Source: an archaeon
GTDB lineage: Archaea; Nanobdellota; Nanobdellia; Pacearchaeales; GW2011-AR1
Direction of reading: 5' to 3'
Assembly (NCBI GenBank): GCA_043810775.1
Contig: JBDRNU010000015.1
Coordinates: 1-64,000, forward strand
DNA: 64,000 nt
In this document: positions 1 through 9,385 of the stretch, one piece after another
Numbering within the stretch: the stretch's first letter is position 1
Layout of the letters: each line of letters begins with the position of its first letter
The notes under the pieces: generated by a model
Told to the model about the DNA's origin: nothing
Seen by the model: the letters and a program-made list of their open reading frames with translations, nothing else
The model's database searches: none
Made by a program: the position numbers and the translations under genes

Positions 1-60
1 GGCGCATTTAATTTTATTTCCAAATAGTTAAATTAGATTTGATTTTAAAAGAAGAAAAAA

Positions 61-237
61 TTATACAATCTGCTCAAGGAAACTTTCGCTGTCAAGCTCT
101 ATTGATGTTTCTCCGCTGTAAGCATTACTTCTAACATAGCTACTAAACTCCCTTAGTGGCTGGCTTGGTTTTAATACAGCTGCTCTTTCCTCTTTTTCTT
201 CTTGCCTATAAAGGCGTATGTGGATAGGAATCCCCAT
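61..237 (-). CDS. small hypothetical protein (~58 aa)
   Basis: ORF 61..243; ATG at 237 lies ~29 nt from a TTTATAAA box (266-273); no recognisable motif. Confidence 0.4.
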   Translation of the reverse strand: MGIPIHIRLYRQEEKEERAAVLKPSQPLREFSSYVRSNAYSGETSIELDSESFLEQIV

Positions 238-265
238 GTGCAATTATTATTCTACTAAACACGCA

Positions 266-296
266 TTTATAAATGTTATTAGCATAGTTTTTTAAA
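266..296. promoter_or_regulatory. divergent archaeal TATA boxes (TTTATAAA 266-273; TTTTTTAAA 288-296)
   Basis: each lies ~29 nt from a divergent start codon (237 on -, 325 on +), consistent with leaderless or short-leader transcripts. Confidence 0.5.
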
Positions 297-324
297 CTAA
301 GTTTAAATTCTATTTTTAATCAAA

Positions 325-1206
325 ATGACTGAAGAAACTAAAAAAAACTGGCATGATAAACACTATAAAAAGCTCTTGATTTTGCCAGCAGCAGTTTTAA
401 TTATAGCACTTATTTACTTATTTGTATTTTATCAGGCAAATGGAGATATTATGAAAAAAGATATCTCCCTGACAGGAGGAACTTCTATAACTGTCCAGTC
501 TGAAACTGATATTCTTCAGCTTAAGGCAGACCTATCCTCACAACTGCCAGGCCTGACTGTAAGGGAAATCTCAGACCTAAGAACAGGCAAACAGCTCGCT
601 TTCATTGTAGAAACTTCATTAGACTCAGCCCAGTCAAAATCAATTTTAGAAGAATATCTGGGCTTTGAGCTGACAGAAGAAAATTCAAGCACAGAATTTA
701 CTGGTTCAACCCTAAGCTCATCTTTTTATAAGCAGCTAAGACTAGCCATTATAGTATCTTTTATTCTAATGTCCTTTGTAGTTTTTATAATTTTCAGAAC
801 TTTTATTCCAAGTATAGCAGTAATTTTTGCAGCATTTTCAGATATAGTTATCTCCCTAGCCATAGTGAATCTTATGGGTGTGAATATATCTTCAGCAGGA
901 ATAGTTGCTTTTTTAATGCTTATTGGTTATAGTGTAGACTCTGATATCTTGCTTACAACAAGAGCAATTAGAAGTAGAGATTCTACACTAAACTCAAGGC
1001 TTCTTTCTGCATTTAAAACAGGCCTGACAATGACTCTAACCTCTTTAGCAGCAGTTCTTGTTTCCTTATTCATAGTTTCACAACTTTCTGAAACTCTTAC
1101 CCAGATTTTTATGATAATCTCAATAGGGTTAATAATAGATATATTCGTAACCTATCTTGGAAATTTAGGAATAATTAAATGGTATGCTGAGAAAAAAAGA
1201 CTCTAA
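325..1206 (+). CDS. secF: protein translocase subunit SecF
   Basis: DISLTGG N-terminal motif, 6-TM topology, LMLIGYSVDSDILL motif; directly upstream of secD. Confidence 0.93.
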   Translation: MTEETKKNWHDKHYKKLLILPAAVLIIALIYLFVFYQANGDIMKKDISLTGGTSITVQSETDILQLKADLSSQLPGLTVREISDLRTGKQLAFIVETSLDSAQSKSILEEYLGFELTEENSSTEFTGSTLSSSFYKQLRLAIIVSFILMSFVVFIIFRTFIPSIAVIFAAFSDIVISLAIVNLMGVNISSAGIVAFLMLIGYSVDSDILLTTRAIRSRDSTLNSRLLSAFKTGLTMTLTSLAAVLVSLFIVSQLSETLTQIFMIISIGLIIDIFVTYLGNLGIIKWYAEKKRL

Positions 1207-1207
1207 A

Positions 1208-2743
1208 ATGGTAAAACTCTCATTTAGGCTCTGGATATTAATAATAGCTTTAGCTCTTTCTCTTTTAGCAATTGCTCCCTGGCAGTATTTTAATACAGGA
1301 GTAATGATTAAAACTGTTGATAGAAACACTACATCTTATGAAGAGGGTCTTCGTCCTGGAATGGTTATTATTGGAGTCAATAACCAGCCAGTTGAAACAA
1401 TTATAGATTATACTGTTGCCCTAAATGAAATATTTCCTAATAATTCCTTATTGCTGAATAAAACTAAACTCACTATTCAAACAACTGATTCAACATTTGT
1501 ACTTTTTATAGACCAGCCGCCTAAAATTACAGTAGGCAATCAGCCGCGTTCAAAAATCAAAACTGGTTTAGACTTGCAGGGAGGAGCTCGTGCTTTAGTG
1601 GCTCCTGAAGAGGATTTGTCTGCTGCAGAAATGTCAGATTTAATTGCTGTTACAAGCAATAGGCTGAATGTATTTGGAATTTCAGATGTAGTAATACGTC
1701 CAGTTGCAGATTTGGGTGGCAATAATTATATGCTAATAGAAGTTGCAGGAGCAACTCCTTCTGATTTAGAAGAGCTTGTAGCCAAGCAGGGCAAATTTGA
1801 AGCAAAAATAGGAAATGAAACAGCTTTTATAGGTGGTAATAAAGATATTACTTCAGTATGTAGAAATGATGCTTCTTGTGCAGGAATTGAAAGCTGCTAT
1901 GCCATTGAGGGTGCAGAGCTTTGCAGGTTTAGATTTACTATTTATTTAAGCGAGCAGGCAGCCAAAAGACATGCAGACATAACATCCAAGCTTGGAGTAA
2001 ATACAACTGAATCAGGCAGATATCTTGACAAGAAACTAGAGTTATTTATTGATGACACTCTAGTTGATTCTCTTTATATATCTGAGGATTTACAAGGGCA
2101 AGTCACAACTCAAATATCTATTCAAGGTTCTGGTTCAGGCAGTACTCGGGAAGAAGCTTTTAATGCAGCTTTAAAAGATATGAATCACCTTCAGACAGTA
2201 TTAATTACAGGAAGCTTGCCATTCAAGCTAGAAATTGTCAAGCTAGACTCTATTTCACCTGTTCTTGGAAGAAGCTTTATCCAGTATTTACTTTTTGCAG
2301 GCATTGCCTCTATTTTAGTTGTTGCACTTATTGTTCTTGTCAGATATAGAAATATCAAATCCTCACTTGCCTTAATTTTGACAAGCTTTTCAGAAATATT
2401 TATTATCTTAGGATTTGCTGCTTTTGTTTCTTGGAATCTTGACTTGCCTTCAATTGCAGGAATTCTTATTGCAATTGGTACAGGAGTAGACCAGCAGATT
2501 ATAATTTTAGATGAGTCTCGTATAGGTAGAGAAAAATATAGTATAGTTGAAAGAATGAAAAGAGCCTTGTTTGTAATTGTAGGAGTTTATTTCACAGCAC
2601 TGGCCTCTTTGCTTCCAATATACTGGGCAGGTGCAGGGCTATTAAGGGGTTTTGCTTTTACTACTATAGTTGGAGTAACTATTGGAGTATTAATAACTAG
2701 ACCTGCTTTCGCTGATATAATCAAGAAAATTGAATCTAGCTGA
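1208..2743 (+). CDS. secD: protein translocase subunit SecD (PDZ-like segment and Cys-rich insertion)
   Basis: GLDLQGG motif, LDLPSIAGILIAIGTGVD and LLRGFAFTTIVGV motifs; ATG at 1208 follows the secF stop. Confidence 0.93.
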   Translation: MVKLSFRLWILIIALALSLLAIAPWQYFNTGVMIKTVDRNTTSYEEGLRPGMVIIGVNNQPVETIIDYTVALNEIFPNNSLLLNKTKLTIQTTDSTFVLFIDQPPKITVGNQPRSKIKTGLDLQGGARALVAPEEDLSAAEMSDLIAVTSNRLNVFGISDVVIRPVADLGGNNYMLIEVAGATPSDLEELVAKQGKFEAKIGNETAFIGGNKDITSVCRNDASCAGIESCYAIEGAELCRFRFTIYLSEQAAKRHADITSKLGVNTTESGRYLDKKLELFIDDTLVDSLYISEDLQGQVTTQISIQGSGSGSTREEAFNAALKDMNHLQTVLITGSLPFKLEIVKLDSISPVLGRSFIQYLLFAGIASILVVALIVLVRYRNIKSSLALILTSFSEIFIILGFAAFVSWNLDLPSIAGILIAIGTGVDQQIIILDESRIGREKYSIVERMKRALFVIVGVYFTALASLLPIYWAGAGLLRGFAFTTIVGVTIGVLITRPAFADIIKKIESS

Positions 2744-2777
2744 TTGGATTTTTAATAAATAATAGGTTGTCAGGCAT

Positions 2778-3053
2778 ATGATAGTAAAAATATTAGGCGC
2801 ACTTGATATACTAGCAGCAATATTTGTCTGGATTTTCGTATTTTTTAATTTAGGCTCTTCACTATTATTGCTAGTTGGCTTTTATCTTCTTATAAAAGGA
2901 TCTGTATTCCTAATAAGCCTGGACATACTAAGTCTTGGAGATATATTTGCAAGCCTAATAATCTTTGCAGCTCTAAACTGGCATCTTCCCAAGGTTCTTG
3001 GAATACTAGTCATTCTCTATCTATTAATTAAAGGGGCAATGAGCTTGTTATAA
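2778..3053 (+). CDS. small 4-TM membrane protein with internal two-fold repeat
   Basis: hydrophobic; D-I-x-A...YLLIKG unit occurs twice. Confidence 0.75.
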   Translation: MIVKILGALDILAAIFVWIFVFFNLGSSLLLLVGFYLLIKGSVFLISLDILSLGDIFASLIIFAALNWHLPKVLGILVILYLLIKGAMSLL

Positions 3054-3057
3054 GAAG

Positions 3058-3492
3058 ATGTATCCTAAATGGCATATTTTAATTGGAGCAGTATTTTTCT
3101 TATTTTTAATTCCTTTTATTGGAGCACTTTCAGCTCTGATTGTCTATTTAGCTTCAGTTTTAATTGATTTTGACCACTATACTGTATATGTTTATAGGAA
3201 AAAAGGATTAAGCTTGAAAAAAGCATATAATTTTTATATGAAATTTGAAAAATATAAAAAATCAGGTAAAAAAGGAATCAAACTTCCTCTAAATGTTCTT
3301 CATACTCTTGAATTCACAATAATCTTGGGAATACTCTCTTTTTTTAATTACTATATATTGCTTATATTTGTAGGATTTTTATTTCACTCTCTTGTTGATT
3401 TGATTTATATGACTGTTAAGGACTATACAGGGCTAAGGGAATATTTCTTTTTTAGATGGCTGAAAAATAGGAAAAACAAGAATTATGTTTAG
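3058..3492 (+). CDS. membrane-bound metal-dependent hydrolase (YdjM/DUF457-like)
   Basis: N-terminal His (KWH), LIDFDH, LHT and FHSLVD motifs in a hydrophobic protein. Confidence 0.65.
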   Translation: MYPKWHILIGAVFFLFLIPFIGALSALIVYLASVLIDFDHYTVYVYRKKGLSLKKAYNFYMKFEKYKKSGKKGIKLPLNVLHTLEFTIILGILSFFNYYILLIFVGFLFHSLVDLIYMTVKDYTGLREYFFFRWLKNRKNKNYV

Positions 3493-4163
3493 CTATTCCA
3501 TTTATCAAAAATATATTTTATCTCTTCAAGATTAGTAATTAGCTTGTCTGGCTTTGCTTCTTTTAATCTCTTTGTTGAATAATAACCATCTGTAATTGCA
3601 ACTGTTCTTACCTTCAAACTTTTTCCAATTTCAACCTCTTCAGGAGCATCGCCAACAATTATAACTTTTCCAGGATCATACCCTCTTTGTTCTAAATAAT
3701 CCTTCATTTTATCCCCCTTATTTCTGGCTTTAAATGAGGCGCCTTTTTCAGAATTAGCAATTAATAAATCTATATTTTCCTCTAATCCCAATCTCTCTAG
3801 CTGAAATTCAATTCCAGCCACAGTATGATTGCTTAATATTGAGGTTTCAGCCCCTCTTTTTTGTATATACTCTAAAACACATTTTGCATGCCTTCTGGTT
3901 CTGCACCCTTTAGCCCTTTTTTCATAAAACTCATGAAATGTTTTTGTCATCTCTTCATGCACTTCTTCTTGTTTTTTTATAGGTATTCCATGCTTCTTGT
4001 AAAATTCCCAGGAAGGAATAATAAAGGTATCTCTGAATGTTTTAAAGCTGATTGGCTTTCCTCCAAATTTCTTTAGAACCTCATTATCAGTTTCCCAGCA
4101 TGCATGAGCATCTGCAAGCAAAGTGCCGTTCCAGTCAAAAACAACTGCCTGTATATTCCCCAT
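3489..4163 (-). CDS. HAD-superfamily hydrolase (phosphoglycolate phosphatase-like)
   Basis: motif I VVFDWNGTL, motif II LSN, motif IV VGDAPEE; likely start ATG 4163. Confidence 0.85.
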   Translation of the reverse strand: MGNIQAVVFDWNGTLLADAHACWETDNEVLKKFGGKPISFKTFRDTFIIPSWEFYKKHGIPIKKQEEVHEEMTKTFHEFYEKRAKGCRTRRHAKCVLEYIQKRGAETSILSNHTVAGIEFQLERLGLEENIDLLIANSEKGASFKARNKGDKMKDYLEQRGYDPGKVIIVGDAPEEVEIGKSLKVRTVAITDGYYSTKRLKEAKPDKLITNLEEIKYIFDKWNS

Positions 4164-4300
4164 AATTTCTTTCTTTTTAAGTGGTTTAAATAGATTTCCC
4201 TTATTCACAATAATATTTAAATAACTTTAATAAAAGTGTGATAATTATTTGGAGTTTTCAAAACAAATAAGTTTTTATAATATATTTTAGACTGGATATT

Positions 4301-4480
4301 ATGAAACAACAAAAGAAAAAACATGATATGGGTAAATGGCCTATACCTGCTTGTTTATTTATGGGTATTGGTATTGGTTTACTTTTAGTAGATGAATTTC
4401 CCACAGCAATCATCGCATTTGCCTTAATCGGATTTGGATTGGGCCTTTTAATAACCTACTTAAAGGAGAGAGAAAAATGA
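4301..4480 (+). CDS. 59-aa two-TM membrane microprotein (not in ORF track)
   Basis: my translation: MKQQKKKHDMGKWPIPACLFMGIGIGLLLVDEFPTAIIAFALIGFGLGLLITYLKEREK; ATGA overlap with next ORF. Confidence 0.7.
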   Translation: MKQQKKKHDMGKWPIPACLFMGIGIGLLLVDEFPTAIIAFALIGFGLGLLITYLKEREK

Positions 4481-4656
4481 AATACAGAGTACACAAATTA
4501 GATATTAAAATTGTTAGAGAATCTGATAGATTAGAAAATTTCCTTAACAATTTAAAAGGAGAAGTTGTAGCAATAATTCCGGATGTAAAATCATTCTTTT
4601 TATTTTATGGAGCAAAAGTAAATTCTATTCTTATTGTTGAAAAAATTAAAAAATGA
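4477..4656 (+). CDS. 59-aa microprotein (not in ORF track)
   Basis: MKYRVHKLDIKIVRESDRLENFLNNLKGEVVAIIPDVKSFFLFYGAKVNSILIVEKIKK; ATGA-coupled at both ends; AAGGAG upstream. Confidence 0.72.
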   Translation: MKYRVHKLDIKIVRESDRLENFLNNLKGEVVAIIPDVKSFFLFYGAKVNSILIVEKIKK

Positions 4657-4826
4657 AAAAACAAATAAACTATCAGGCATTTTTTGCAGTGGGAATTATT
4701 TTTTTCGGTGTGGGAATTACATTTTTTTCTTCAGTCAATAAAGGATTAGGAGCTGCATTTATTACTTTAGGAATAGTATATATGGTAATTGGAGGAAAAA
4801 ATAAAAATAAATGGCCAAAAAAGTAA
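4653..4826 (+). CDS. 57-aa two-TM membrane microprotein (not in ORF track)
   Basis: MKKQINYQAFFAVGIIFFGVGITFFSSVNKGLGAAFITLGIVYMVIGGKNKNKWPKK; ATGA overlap with previous ORF. Confidence 0.7.
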   Translation: MKKQINYQAFFAVGIIFFGVGITFFSSVNKGLGAAFITLGIVYMVIGGKNKNKWPKK

Positions 4827-5011
4827 ATAAAAAACCAAAAAAAGAATCTTGGATTATAGGACCTTATCCTTGGTTATTATCTGCTGTTGCTTTTTTATTT
4901 CCCAGTATTAATTATTTTATTAAAGGAGATATAGTTGGGGGCACAATATTTTTAATCTCTGGTCTATTATTTTTTATAAATTTTCTAGGAAGATTTAAAT
5001 CTAATAAATGA
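4811..5011 (+). CDS. 66-aa two-TM membrane protein
   Basis: basic N-terminus plus two hydrophobic helices; GGAGG upstream; overlaps previous ORF. Confidence 0.65.
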   Translation: MAKKVNKKPKKESWIIGPYPWLLSAVAFLFPSINYFIKGDIVGGTIFLISGLLFFINFLGRFKSNK

Positions 5012-5091
5012 AAATTAAACATTACATTTTCCCTAAAATATTCTCATGCTTTAACCAGAATATTTAAATAATCACTAAAGTAAGCTAGGGT

Positions 5092-6042
5092 ATGACTAGG
5101 GGAATGTTAAGTATAGTTGTTCCAGTGTATAATGAGCAGGGAAATGTTAACCAGCTTTATTTTGAGATAAAAGAGGTTTTATCTGGTTTAGTTGCCAATA
5201 AGTCAATAAAAAACTTTGAAGTAATTTTTGTAAATGACGGCTCTCGAGATAGCACTCAGCAAGTTCTTGAATCTTTAAAGAAAACTGAAAAAGCAAACCT
5301 AAAAATTATTCAGTTCAGAAAAAACTTTGGTCAGACTCCAGCGCTAAAAGCCGGCTTTAAGCACTCAAAAGGGGAGTTAATTGTAACAATGGACGGCGAC
5401 TTGCAAAATAACCCTCGCGACATTCCTCGTTTAATTGAAAAACTTGAGCAAGGATATGATGTAGTGTCAGGCTGGCGTCATAACCGAAAAGATAAATTCT
5501 CGAAGCGTATATTTTCAAAAATAATTAATAATTTAAGAAGGAATATGATTGGAGACAATCTTCATGACTATGGCTGTTCCCTGAAAATATATAAAAAAGA
5601 GTGTTTAAAAGATTTGGAATTATTTGGAGAGCTGCACAGATATATTACGGCTTATCTATATATTAAGGGATATAAAATAGGCGAAGTAATAGTAAATCAT
5701 CGCCCCAGAAAATCAGGAACAACAAAATATAAATTTGGAAGAGGAATAAACGGATTGCTTGACTTATTTTATCTAAAATTCTGGGCATCTTATTCTCACA
5801 GGCCCTTGCATTTTTTCGGCAGAATAGGGTTTTATTTATGGTTAGCTTCTTTTTTAATTTTAGTTGAGCAAATAATAAAAGCATATATTATCCAAGCACT
5901 TGAGCTAGGTCCCTTGTTAGTTCTTGCTTCTACTCTTGGAATTTTAGGACTGTTGTTCATTATATTTGGATTTCTGTCTGAAATGATTTCAAGAAACTAC
6001 TTTCAACAGCAAGAAATATACTCTATTAAAAAAATACTATAA
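5092..6042 (+). CDS. GT2 polyprenol-phosphate glycosyltransferase (ArnC/GtrB/DPM-like)
   Basis: SIVVPVYNE, VNDGSRD, RKNFGQ, MDGDLQN motifs; two C-terminal TMs. Confidence 0.9.
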   Translation: MTRGMLSIVVPVYNEQGNVNQLYFEIKEVLSGLVANKSIKNFEVIFVNDGSRDSTQQVLESLKKTEKANLKIIQFRKNFGQTPALKAGFKHSKGELIVTMDGDLQNNPRDIPRLIEKLEQGYDVVSGWRHNRKDKFSKRIFSKIINNLRRNMIGDNLHDYGCSLKIYKKECLKDLELFGELHRYITAYLYIKGYKIGEVIVNHRPRKSGTTKYKFGRGINGLLDLFYLKFWASYSHRPLHFFGRIGFYLWLASFLILVEQIIKAYIIQALELGPLLVLASTLGILGLLFIIFGFLSEMISRNYFQQQEIYSIKKIL

Positions 6043-6048
6043 TTTGAC

Positions 6049-7935
6049 ATGTGTGGAATAATTGGTTTTAATTGGCAGGATAAGCCTCTTTTAAGAAAGG
6101 CTTTAAAGAAGATATATCATCGTGGTCCTGATGACTCTGGAACCTATGAGGATAAATATATCTCTCTTGGGCACAGAAGACTTTCAATAATGGACCTGTC
6201 AAAAGCAGGAAAACAGCCAATGAGCAATGAAGATGAAACCTTGTGGATTGTTTTTAATGGTGAGATTTATAATTTTCAGGAGTTAAAAGCTGAGTTAAAA
6301 AATAAGCACACATTTAAATCAAATTCAGATACTGAAATTCTTCTTCATTTGTATGAAGAGTATGGCTTTGAAATGCTTTCTAAGCTTCAAGGCATGTTTG
6401 CCTTTGCAATATATGATTCAAAAAAAAAGGAACTGTTTATTGCAAGAGATAGAGTTGGAATAAAACCCTTATATTATTATAAAGAAGGCAAGAAATTTAT
6501 TTTCGCTTCTGAAATTAAAGCTATCTTACAAGAAAAATCAATTAAAAGAGAGGTTAATTCAGATGCACTATCCTCTTTTTTGACATTTAGGGCAAATACT
6601 CTGGAAAATTCCATGTTTAAAGGCATAAAAAAACTTATGCCATCTCACTTTTTAATTTATAATCTAAAAGCAAATAAATTCAAGATAAGCAAATACTGGA
6701 TCCTTAATTTCAGCAATAAAAAAATTAATCCCGAAAAAGAGTTAATTATTTTGTTAAACGATGCAGTGAAATCAAGATTAATGTCAGATGTCCCTTATGG
6801 ATCCTATCTTTCAGGAGGAGTTGATTCTGGAACACTAGTTTCTTTAATGGGGCGGTTTTCTTCTCAGCCAATAAAGACATTCTCAGTAGGCTTTGAGCAA
6901 GAACAGCACTCTGAAGCAGAAGAAGCAAGATTTATTGCTGAGAATCTTGAAACAGACCACCACGAGCTTTTAATTAAAGAAGATTCTGTAAAAAATCTAC
7001 CTTCTATTATTTATCATGCCGACGAACCAGTGTCAGACCCCACCTCAATTCCGCTTTACCTTCTTTCTAAATACACTAAAAAATACTGCACAGTTATTCT
7101 AACTGGTGAGGGTTCTGATGAGCTTTTCGCAGGATATCCCCAGTATAAATTCATGAAAATCCACCATTCTTTAATTAGAAAAATCCCCAATCCACTAAGA
7201 GCAGCCTTGCCTGTTTTAGTTAAATCCTCCCCAAATTTCATTATTGATAAAGTATTTAAATTTTCATCAGCTCTAGGAGATAAAGGCATTCAAAGATTCT
7301 CTAATTTTGTAAATTCAGATAATTATTCCAGCCAATATTTAAATCAAATATCAATATTTAATGAAGAAGAACAGTCTGAGCTCCTCAACCAAAAAATAAA
7401 TCTTTACGAGAAATATAGGCAAATTTATTTTAAGAATATAACTTCTGATAAACTTCTTACAGCATGCCAGTATTTTGACTTTAGCGAGCCTCTTGTTGAT
7501 GACTTGCTAATGAAAGTTGATAAAAATACCATGGCTTTTGCAATTGAAGGAAGAGTTCCATTTTTAGATTACAGAATAGTTGAACTAGCAGCAAAAATTC
7601 CATCAAGTCTTAAGCTTAGAGGATTTACAAAAGACAAATTTATACTAAGAAAGTCAGTAAAAGGATTAATTCCCGAACAAACCAGAAATCGACCAAAAAA
7701 ACACTTTTTTGTGCCAATTGATAGCTGGTTTAAGCATGAGTTATCTACATTAAGGTCAGAACTTCTTTCAAAACAATATATTAATAAACAGAAAATATTT
7801 AACTACAATTATATAGAAAAAGTTAACAAAAATTTTAGCAAATCAAGACTGTTTTATTCAAGACAGCTTTGGAGCTTAATTGTTTTTCAAATCTGGTATA
7901 AGCAGTTTATAGAAAATGAAAAAATCCAAGTTTAA
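6049..7935 (+). CDS. asnB: asparagine synthase-like glutamine amidotransferase (glycan amidation type), copy 1
   Basis: MCGI N-terminal nucleophile, HRGPD, GHRRLSI, LSGGVDS, GEGSDELFAGY, EGRVPFLD. Confidence 0.93.
   Translation: MCGIIGFNWQDKPLLRKALKKIYHRGPDDSGTYEDKYISLGHRRLSIMDLSKAGKQPMSNEDETLWIVFNGEIYNFQELKAELKNKHTFKSNSDTEILLHLYEEYGFEMLSKLQGMFAFAIYDSKKKELFIARDRVGIKPLYYYKEGKKFIFASEIKAILQEKSIKREVNSDALSSFLTFRANTLENSMFKGIKKLMPSHFLIYNLKANKFKISKYWILNFSNKKINPEKELIILLNDAVKSRLMSDVPYGSYLSGGVDSGTLVSLMGRFSSQPIKTFSVGFEQEQHSEAEEARFIAENLETDHHELLIKEDSVKNLPSIIYHADEPVSDPTSIPLYLLSKYTKKYCTVILTGEGSDELFAGYPQYKFMKIHHSLIRKIPNPLRAALPVLVKSSPNFIIDKVFKFSSALGDKGIQRFSNFVNSDNYSSQYLNQISIFNEEEQSELLNQKINLYEKYRQIYFKNITSDKLLTACQYFDFSEPLVDDLLMKVDKNTMAFAIEGRVPFLDYRIVELAAKIPSSLKLRGFTKDKFILRKSVKGLIPEQTRNRPKKHFFVPIDSWFKHELSTLRSELLSKQYINKQKIFNYNYIEKVNKNFSKSRLFYSRQLWSLIVFQIWYKQFIENEKIQV
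6197..6449 (+). repeat. inverted-repeat arm A (asnB copy 1 glutaminase domain)
   Basis: 6197-6272 matches the reverse complement of 22456-22531 at 74/76 nt; 6403-6449 matches the reverse complement of 22276-22322 at 47/47 nt (manual comparison). Confidence 0.85.
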
Positions 7936-9385
7936 ACTAGAAAACCCCTACTTTTTCTTACTTATAGCTTTAGTTCTTATTTTAATGACTTTTTCAACAA
8001 AATATTATGGATCAGCGGATATTGGAGATTATGCAGACACTGCAAAATTTTTTGCAGAAAAATATCCTGCTGACATACGTTCATCACACTCATATCTTTA
8101 TGGTTTTATTCACTCTTCGTTTGTTTATCTCACCAATAGCTTTGTAGCTTTTAAGATTTCAAGTTTAATCTTTTTATTTCTTACTGTTTTTTCAGTTTAT
8201 CTAATTACTAATAAAAATAAGCGAGCCGCATGGCTAATGATTCTTGCTCCAATAGTATGGTATATGGCTCCATGGATTAATCCTCTTCAGCTTGCAGGAC
8301 TTTTATTGCTATGGTCTTTTTATTTCATTGATAAATACCAGGATTCTGGAAAAGTATCCTACTTGTTTTATTCAGGATTACTACTGGGGCTAGGGTGGGC
8401 TTTTTGGGATACTATATTATTTTTTGGATTTTTTTTAGCCATTGTTTATTTATATGATAAAAAGCTGATTAATTTTGCTTATTATTCAGCATTTGTGCTT
8501 CTAGGATTACTTCCACGATTAATTCTCGATCAGCTAATTTTTAATTTTGCTTTTTACTCAATTTTAAAGAGCTTTTTCGGAACACTAGCTAATCTTTCTG
8601 GAGGAATTTATCTAGGTCAGGGGCACTCTTCACTTAATATTTTCAGCCTGATTTCCTTATTTTTAGCTATTCCACTTATGTACTGGACACTTTATAAGCC
8701 ATCTAATTTTAAAAAATATAAAAGAGAAATAGTTTTCTTATCACTTTGCTTGATGCTTATCTTATTTAATCCCCAGATAAGGTATATTATCTCAATTGCA
8801 CCAATAATGATTCTGCTCCTATCAAAACAAATAACTAAAAAGCAGTTTAAAATCCAGGTGATTTTTTCAATTATAGTTTTAATTCTTTTTATCTCGCCTT
8901 ATATTATTCAAACTAAATACTCTGTTGATGAAACTTATTATGATGCTGATTTTCAATATATTCTAAGTAGTAAATTCCTAGTTAATATAAATAATGGCTC
9001 AGTTTCTGATAGAGTTTTAAGTGATATTAATTTAATTGCGAATGATTTTCCAAATGAAACTTTTATTGTTGGGAATAATCCTGATTCTTACCAGACTCTT
9101 GCCCATTTATATTGGGGTTATCAGATTACAGAGTTAGTAAGTATCCAAGACTATAATTCTTTTACTGAAAATAATTCTATTTTATTTGAAAAGACATTCA
9201 TGCCTATTCCAAACATACAGGATAGGAGAGTCATATGGATTACAGGAGGCATGAAAAGAAATGAAAATGATTCTACTAAGTTTCAAAATATTTCACTGGC
9301 TATCAGCTTTCAAGAGCCTCTTGAGATTGATAATTTCAGACTATTAAAAAAATACCAAGTCTTGTCACTATATGAAGAAAAATAA
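7916..9385 (+). CDS. multi-TM membrane protein, probable GT-C fold glycosyltransferase
   Basis: ~11 TMs, acidic loop after TM1 (ADIGDY), RY motif, extracytoplasmic C-terminal domain with several N-x-S/T sequons. Confidence 0.55.
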   Translation: MKKSKFKLENPYFFLLIALVLILMTFSTKYYGSADIGDYADTAKFFAEKYPADIRSSHSYLYGFIHSSFVYLTNSFVAFKISSLIFLFLTVFSVYLITNKNKRAAWLMILAPIVWYMAPWINPLQLAGLLLLWSFYFIDKYQDSGKVSYLFYSGLLLGLGWAFWDTILFFGFFLAIVYLYDKKLINFAYYSAFVLLGLLPRLILDQLIFNFAFYSILKSFFGTLANLSGGIYLGQGHSSLNIFSLISLFLAIPLMYWTLYKPSNFKKYKREIVFLSLCLMLILFNPQIRYIISIAPIMILLLSKQITKKQFKIQVIFSIIVLILFISPYIIQTKYSVDETYYDADFQYILSSKFLVNINNGSVSDRVLSDINLIANDFPNETFIVGNNPDSYQTLAHLYWGYQITELVSIQDYNSFTENNSILFEKTFMPIPNIQDRRVIWITGGMKRNENDSTKFQNISLAISFQEPLEIDNFRLLKKYQVLSLYEEK

